DNA from: an uncultured Flavobacteriaceae bacterium
GTDB lineage: Bacteria; Bacteroidota; Bacteroidia; Flavobacteriales; Flavobacteriaceae
DNA: 32,923 nucleotides
Direction: 5' to 3'
Assembly (NCBI GenBank): GCA_964490545.1
Contig: CAZBCJ010000001.1
Span: forward strand, 7,981-40,903
In this document: piece after piece, positions 27,766 through 32,923 of the stretch
Layout: each line of letters begins with the position of its first letter
How positions within the stretch are numbered: the stretch's first letter is position 1
Notes under the pieces: generated by a model
The model's input: only the letters and a program-made list of their open reading frames with translations
The model's database searches: none
Told to the model about the DNA's origin: nothing
Translations under genes and position numbers: made by a program

Positions 27766-28716
27766 ATGAAAATTCTAGCAAATGATGGAATATCTAATAG
27801 TGGTGTAAAGAAGTTGGAATCCAATGGATTTGAAGTTATAACAGAGAATGTTTCTCAAGATGATTTGATTGATTATATCAACACCCACAATATTAACGTT
27901 TTACTTGTTAGAAGCGCGACAAAAGTAAGGAAAGATCTAATTGACAGCTGTAATTCAATAAAATTAATTGGCAGAGGTGGTGTTGGAATGGACAATATAG
28001 ATGTAGAATATGCTAGAGATAAAGGGATTAATGTTATAAACACACCCGCAGCAGCATCGTTATCTGTAGCAGAACTCGTTTTTGCTCATTTATTTGGATG
28101 TGTAAGGCATTTGCATTCCTCTAATAGAAATATGCCTCTTGAAGGAGATACTAAATTTAAGGAATTAAAAAAATCATATGCCAAAGGTAGTGAGCTTAAA
28201 GGAAAAATATTAGGAATTGTTGGTTTTGGAAGAATTGGTCAAGAAGTTGCAAAAATTGCCATAGGTCTAGGGATGAATATAGTAGTTTATGATTTACATC
28301 AATCTCAAGCTTCACTAGAATTATCATTCTTCGATAAAAGCACAAAATCCTTTGAAATAAAAACAAATGACTTTAATGGTCTTTTAACTAGTTCTGATTT
28401 CATAACATTTCATGTTCCTTCACAAAAAAATTATTTAATTTCTATAAAGGAGTTTGAAATAATGAAAGATGGAGTTGGAATAATTAACACTGCTAGAGGT
28501 GGTGTTATTGATGAAGAGTCCCTTATTAAATATCTTGAAAATGGAAAAGTCTCTTTTGCAGCATTAGATACATTTGAAAATGAACCAAATCCAAACATAA
28601 AGATATTAATGAATCCTAAGATATCTTTAACACCACATATAGGTGCGGCTACAAATGAAGCTCAAGATAGAATTGGAATAGAACTTGCAGGTCAAATAAT
28701 TAAATTACTAGGATAA
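27766..28716 (+). CDS. serA: D-3-phosphoglycerate dehydrogenase (D-isomer-specific 2-hydroxyacid dehydrogenase)
   Basis: The NAD fold is GIVGFGRIGQEVA, the catalytic region is NTARGG.ID and the C-terminal His is THIGAAT. The gene lies 1 nt after serC. Confidence 0.85.
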   Translation: MKILANDGISNSGVKKLESNGFEVITENVSQDDLIDYINTHNINVLLVRSATKVRKDLIDSCNSIKLIGRGGVGMDNIDVEYARDKGINVINTPAAASLSVAELVFAHLFGCVRHLHSSNRNMPLEGDTKFKELKKSYAKGSELKGKILGIVGFGRIGQEVAKIAIGLGMNIVVYDLHQSQASLELSFFDKSTKSFEIKTNDFNGLLTSSDFITFHVPSQKNYLISIKEFEIMKDGVGIINTARGGVIDEESLIKYLENGKVSFAALDTFENEPNPNIKILMNPKISLTPHIGAATNEAQDRIGIELAGQIIKLLG

Positions 28717-29019
28717 ATGTTTGAAAAACTTAAAACCAAATGGGGCATATCTTCTAATCTTCAAATTGCTAAGATTTTCACTGTCTTCGCAATTACTGGA
28801 TCTACTTCAGCAATAATTTCTTCTCCATTTAAAGAATTTTTAGGAATTAGTTCTGAAAATCTTGATTGGTATCTGTTTTGGCCTCTAGAGATAATAATTA
28901 TAACACTAGTATACCAGCCAATATTACTAATAGTTGCAGCCATTTTTTTTGAATTTAAATTTTTCTGGGAATTTGAAAAAAAGATGTTAAGAAAACTTGG
29001 ACTCAAAAACCTTAAATAG
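28717..29019 (+). CDS. Small hypothetical membrane protein (2 TM helices)
   Basis: Its ATG abuts the serA stop (TAAATG). It has two hydrophobic helices. An antisense ORF on the other strand was rejected. Confidence 0.55.
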   Translation: MFEKLKTKWGISSNLQIAKIFTVFAITGSTSAIISSPFKEFLGISSENLDWYLFWPLEIIIITLVYQPILLIVAAIFFEFKFFWEFEKKMLRKLGLKNLK

Positions 29020-29547
29020 CTATTTCAAGATCTCTTTATAACTACTCATAAATTTACTTATTTTAGGAGTAATTATATTTGAACAATAAGGTGCGCTTTT
29101 ATTCATACTATAATAGTTTTTATGGTATTCTTCTGCTGGATAAAACACATCTAGCAAATTAACCTCTGTAACAATCTTATCACTGTTATAAAGATTCTTT
29201 ATAAAGTTTATTACTGTTCTTTTTTCATCTTCATTAACACAAAAAATAGCTGATCTGTACTGAGTGCCAAAATCATTTCCTTGCCTATTTAAAGTAGTGG
29301 GATCATGCGTGTTAAAAAAAATATCAACCAAGCTGATGTAATCAATCTCTTTAGGGTCATACTCAATTTTAACTAATTCAGCATGCCCTGAATCTCCAGA
29401 ACACACCTGTTCATATGTAGGATTAGGAAAATAACCGCCAGCATATCCTGGCAACACACTAATAACTCCTATGATCCTTAAATATATAGCCTCTGTGCAC
29501 CAGAAACATCCTCCAGCAAAATATGCAAAGTTCAATGTTGAATTCAT
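29020..29547 (-). CDS. msrA: Peptide-methionine (S)-S-oxide reductase
   Basis: The active site is GGCFWC, with GYAGG, GHAE and YHKNY motifs. Confidence 0.95.
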   Translation of the reverse strand: MNSTLNFAYFAGGCFWCTEAIYLRIIGVISVLPGYAGGYFPNPTYEQVCSGDSGHAELVKIEYDPKEIDYISLVDIFFNTHDPTTLNRQGNDFGTQYRSAIFCVNEDEKRTVINFIKNLYNSDKIVTEVNLLDVFYPAEEYHKNYYSMNKSAPYCSNIITPKISKFMSSYKEILK

Positions 29548-29627
29548 AATTTAAATTATAGATTTATGTAAGTATTCAATTATGATTGTTAAATTGGTAC
29601 TTTATATTAATGTAATATTAATAAATT

Positions 29628-30287
29628 ATGATTAAAGGGGTTAATATACATAAATACTTTAATAATCTTCATGTTTTAAAAGGTGTGAATATTAATATTA
29701 AGCAAGGTGAATTTGTTTCCATTGTTGGTGATTCTGGTGCTGGAAAAACAACTTTACTGCAAATATTAGGAACTCTTGACTCACCATCAGATAATATAAA
29801 GTCTGAATTGTATATTAACGATGTTGATATTAGTAAATTAAATGAAAACGCATTAGCTAATTTTAGAAATAAAACTATTGGTTTTATTTTCCAATTTCAT
29901 CAGTTACTGCCTGAATTCACTGCATTTGAAAATATTTGTATTCCTGGTTATATTAAAAAAACTAATACTTTAGAATTAGAACAAAGAGCAATTAAGTTAA
30001 TGGATTATCTAAACTTAGGTAATAAAATTAATAATAAACCTAATGAGCTTTCCGGAGGAGAGAAACAAAGAGTTGCTGTTGCTAGATCTCTAATTAATAA
30101 TCCTAAATTAATATTAGCAGATGAACCTTCAGGAAATCTAGATAGTAAATCTGCAGATAGTTTATATAATCTTTTTTTTGATATCAGAGAAAAATTTAAT
30201 CATACATTTATTATTGTAACTCATAACAATCAATTAGCAAAGAAATCAGATCGAACTCTTGAAATCATAGATGGAATAATAAAATAA
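29628..30287 (+). CDS. lolD: ABC transporter ATP-binding protein, LolD/FtsE-like
   Basis: Walker A is GDSGAGKTT, the signature is LSGGEKQRVAVARSL and Walker B is LILADEPSGNLD. At 219 aa it has no fused permease. Confidence 0.8.
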   Translation: MIKGVNIHKYFNNLHVLKGVNINIKQGEFVSIVGDSGAGKTTLLQILGTLDSPSDNIKSELYINDVDISKLNENALANFRNKTIGFIFQFHQLLPEFTAFENICIPGYIKKTNTLELEQRAIKLMDYLNLGNKINNKPNELSGGEKQRVAVARSLINNPKLILADEPSGNLDSKSADSLYNLFFDIREKFNHTFIIVTHNNQLAKKSDRTLEIIDGIIK

Positions 30288-30333
30288 ACTTGAATAAAAA
30301 ATTATTACATTAGTATAAATACAAAATCATATT

Positions 30334-31833
30334 ATGAAAAAACATATATTATTATTTTTAGTTCTATTTACTTGTTCAGCATATGCTCAAAAAATATCAA
30401 TACCAGCTGACACAATAGTTGAATCCTTTCATGAAACAACCATAAATAACAAAGTAATTCATTATAAAGCAGAAGTTGGAACCCAGCCTGTTTGGAATAA
30501 AAGTGGTGAACCAATTGCAACTTTGTTTTATACTTATTATAAAAGAATAGCAAAAAAGAATGAAAAAATTAATAGACCTGATAGACCAATAGTTATTTCC
30601 TTTAATGGAGGACCTGGATCAGGGTCATTATGGATGCATATTGGTTATACTGGACCTAGAGTATTAAAGATTGACGATGAAGGATTTCCGATACAACCGT
30701 ATGGAATGAAAGACAACCCCAATTCCATATTAGATGTTGCTGATATTGTTTATGTATGTCCAGTAAATACAGGATACTCTAGAATGATTCCAAACTCAAA
30801 AGGAGAACTGCCAGATAAAAAATTATTCTTTGGAATAAATGCAGATGTTAAATATTTAGCTACTTGGATAAATACATTTATTACAAGAAAAAATATATGG
30901 GAGTCTCCAAAGTATATTATTGGAGAAAGTTACGGAGGCACTAGAGTTATGGGGCTTGCTCATGAATTACAAAATAGACATTGGATGTATCTAAATGGGG
31001 TTATTATGGTATCGCCTGCAGATTATAAGGTTTATGATACTGGTGGAGCAGTATCTTCAGCTATAAACCTACCCTACTATACAGCTACTGCATGGTATCA
31101 TAAAGTTCTAGATAAATCACTTCAGGAAAGAGATTTATTAGAAATCCTTCCCGAATCTGAAAATTTTACAATTAATGAATTATTGCCAGCGATAGCTAAA
31201 GGTGGTTTTATTAGTGCTAATGAAAAAACAAAAGTTGCTAAAAAAATGTCCTACTACTCTGGAATAAGTTTTGATGACATAATAAGTCATAATCTAGATG
31301 TTCCTACAGATTTCTTCTGGAAAGAACTAGTAAGAGATGAATCTGGATATACTATTGGAAGATTAGATTCAAGATATTTAGGCTTAGATAAAATGGAAGC
31401 TGGATCAAGTCCTGATACGAGTGCTGAAATGAATGCTTGGAATCATTCTTTCACTCCTGCTATTAACTATTATTTGAGAAATGAACTAAACTTTAATACA
31501 GATATTAAATATAATGTCTTTGGACCTGTGCGTCCTTGGGACAGAGAAAATGATAATACTAGAGATAACTTGAGAGAGGCAATGGCACAAAATCCATACT
31601 TAAAAGTCTTAATTCAGTCAGGGTATTATGATGGCGCAACTACATATTTCCAAGCTAAGTATACAATGTGGCAAACAGATCCAAGTGGTAAAATGAATGA
31701 CAGATTTATTTTCAAAGGTTATAGAAGCGGTCATATGATGTATTTAAGAGCGGAAGATTTAGAATCTTCTAATCAAGATTTAAGAAATTTCATTATTAAT
31801 TCTCTAACTAATGGTAAATCAGCCAAATACTAG
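30334..31833 (+). CDS. Secreted peptidase S10 (serine carboxypeptidase) family protein
   Basis: The signal peptide ends in SAYAQ. S10-type motifs appear in S-D-H order: NGGPGSGS, the catalytic GESYGG, SGYYDGAT and SGHMMY. Confidence 0.8.
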   Translation: MKKHILLFLVLFTCSAYAQKISIPADTIVESFHETTINNKVIHYKAEVGTQPVWNKSGEPIATLFYTYYKRIAKKNEKINRPDRPIVISFNGGPGSGSLWMHIGYTGPRVLKIDDEGFPIQPYGMKDNPNSILDVADIVYVCPVNTGYSRMIPNSKGELPDKKLFFGINADVKYLATWINTFITRKNIWESPKYIIGESYGGTRVMGLAHELQNRHWMYLNGVIMVSPADYKVYDTGGAVSSAINLPYYTATAWYHKVLDKSLQERDLLEILPESENFTINELLPAIAKGGFISANEKTKVAKKMSYYSGISFDDIISHNLDVPTDFFWKELVRDESGYTIGRLDSRYLGLDKMEAGSSPDTSAEMNAWNHSFTPAINYYLRNELNFNTDIKYNVFGPVRPWDRENDNTRDNLREAMAQNPYLKVLIQSGYYDGATTYFQAKYTMWQTDPSGKMNDRFIFKGYRSGHMMYLRAEDLESSNQDLRNFIINSLTNGKSAKY

Positions 31834-31836
31834 ACA

Positions 31837-32923
31837 ATGATAAGATATTTTATAGCATCTATAGTTTTTATTGTTTTATATAGCTGTAATAAAACCAAAG
31901 ATATTGATCATATTAGCACTAATTTTCCAGGAGAAGCTTCTGAACCAAATTTACATTTATCTAATTCAGGTAATATTTATCTAAGTTATATATCGTCAAA
32001 CCCTGATAAAAAAGAAAGTAGTCTCTTATTCAGTATGTTTGACAATTTAAATTATTCTTGGAATAAACCTAATTTAATAGTTGAATCAGATAAAATGTTT
32101 GTTAATTGGGCTGATTTTCCTGAAATAACGACTGACAATCTAAACGGAATTACTGCCCATTATCTAGAAATGAGTAGTGAAAAAAAATATTCTTATGACA
32201 TTAAAATTGTTAATTCAACCGATCAAGGATTCAACTGGAGCAATCCTCTAAAACTTCATAGTGACAACACCAAAACTGAGCATGGTTTTGTTTCAACAAT
32301 TAATACAAAAAATGGATTCTTGTCTACATACTTAGATGGAAGACAAAATGAATTATCAAATCATGATAAATCTATTAGACCTCAAATGACTCTTAGAGGT
32401 ACATCTTATAACATTGATGGAAATATATTAGAAGATCTTTTAATTGATGATAGAGTATGTGATTGTTGTCAAACTGATTTAGCAATTACAGAAAATGGAG
32501 AATCAATTGTTGTATATAGAGACAGATCTGAAGATGAAGTAAGAGATATTTATTATTCATATAAAAAGGATAATAAATGGAGTAAACCTATTAATATTTT
32601 TAATGATAATTGGGAAATACCTGGATGCCCTGTTAATGGCCCTGCAATTTCCACATTTAACAATACCTCTGCTGTTGTTTGGTACACCTTTTCTAATAAT
32701 AACAATCAATTAAAAGTTGCATTTTCTAATGATATTTCTAATGGTTTTGATACACCTATAATAGTTAATGCTAATGATCCGATTGGAAGAGTTGATATTG
32801 AATTGCTAGATCAAAATACAGCTCTTATAAGTTATATAGATATTATAGATGGAGGTGCTTATATAAAACTTCAAATGATTACTAGTGATAGAAATCAGGA
32901 TAAATTATTGATAATTGATGAAT
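31837..32923 (+). CDS. BNR/Asp-box (sialidase-like beta-propeller) lipoprotein, 3' end outside the window; absent from the supplied ORF track
   Basis: The ATG lies 3 nt after the S10 stop. I hand-translated 362 codons with no stop to the window edge. The lipoprotein signal is IVFIVLYSC. An Asp-box STDQGFNW (S-x-D-x-G-x-x-W) lies at 32215-32238. Also present are a VCDCCQT motif and alternating beta-strand-like segments. Confidence 0.8.
   Translation, partial: MIRYFIASIVFIVLYSCNKTKDIDHISTNFPGEASEPNLHLSNSGNIYLSYISSNPDKKESSLLFSMFDNLNYSWNKPNLIVESDKMFVNWADFPEITTDNLNGITAHYLEMSSEKKYSYDIKIVNSTDQGFNWSNPLKLHSDNTKTEHGFVSTINTKNGFLSTYLDGRQNELSNHDKSIRPQMTLRGTSYNIDGNILEDLLIDDRVCDCCQTDLAITENGESIVVYRDRSEDEVRDIYYSYKKDNKWSKPINIFNDNWEIPGCPVNGPAISTFNNTSAVVWYTFSNNNNQLKVAFSNDISNGFDTPIIVNANDPIGRVDIELLDQNTALISYIDIIDGGAYIKLQMITSDRNQDKLLIIDE

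Noticed and set aside
28761-29006. An 81-aa minus-strand ORF competes with the 100-aa plus-strand ORF at 28717-29019.
   Set aside because: The plus-strand ORF is longer, abuts the serA stop and encodes two clean TM helices. The minus-strand product has no features. Neither is strongly supported, so the plus-strand call is kept at moderate confidence.
419-30553. Many short ORFs from the track overlap longer genes. They are 419-673, 2163-2357, 3203-3412, 6531-6758, 9648-9866, 9700-10017, 10311-10496, 10557-10787, 13085-13285, 14053-14349, 14520-14720, 16007-16195, 20707-20916, 22126-22350, 24325-24576, 26424-26618 and 30368-30553.
   Set aside because: Each lies inside a longer gene with clear family signatures. 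All are antisense except 6531-6758, which is an alternative frame on the same strand. AT-rich genomes generate such shadow ORFs, and none shows a recognisable motif.
1-32923. I searched for tRNA, rRNA, CRISPR repeats, IS elements with terminal inverted repeats, integrases and toxin-antitoxin pairs.
   Set aside because: By eye I found no spaced direct-repeat array, no cloverleaf-like GC-rich segment in any gap (all gaps are extremely AT-rich) and no transposase-like or integrase-like ORF. The only notable direct repeat is the 65-74 bp one inside the lipoprotein paralogs. A tRNAscan, Infernal or CRISPR-finder run would be needed to make this definitive.

Overview
The window is AT-rich, very gene-dense bacterial chromosome, about 96% coding by my tally of the gaps. 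It is almost certainly a genome-streamlined member of the Flavobacteriia (Bacteroidota). Supporting markers are a fused LpxC-FabZ gene, a PorX-type receiver-PglZ regulator, a T9SS C-terminal sorting domain, Bacteroidetes-type TAnnTTTG -7 boxes, and the block lpxD / lpxC-fabZ / lpxA / efp / sucD / fabG. I call 34 protein-coding genes, mostly housekeeping: lipid A and fatty-acid synthesis, EF-P, succinyl-CoA synthetase alpha, topoisomerase IV parE/parC, ychF, ferredoxin, serC/serA, msrA, lolD, tsaE and proline dehydrogenase. I found no rRNA, tRNA, CRISPR array, transposase, integrase or recognisable defence island. The parts that housekeeping does not explain are these. (1) A co-directional DUF1800 + DUF1501 pair of unknown function. 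The DUF1501 protein carries both a twin-arginine signal and a T9SS sorting domain, and the DUF1800 partner has no signal peptide. (2) A tandem array of three paralogous lipoprotein genes. Two copies share a 65-bp perfectly identical 5' segment although the rest of the genes has diverged strongly. (3) An acyl-CoA-reductase-like gene whose conserved N-terminal about 95 codons are open but contain no ATG, GTG or TTG start. (4) A 362-codon BNR/Asp-box lipoprotein ORF at the 3' edge that the ORF track omits. (5) Compaction features: convergent genes sharing TTAA stop codons, and -7 promoter boxes only 6-9 nt from start codons, which implies near-leaderless mRNAs. None of this is proven novel from sequence alone. 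The DUF1800/DUF1501 module and the lipoprotein triplet are my best candidates for an undescribed system.
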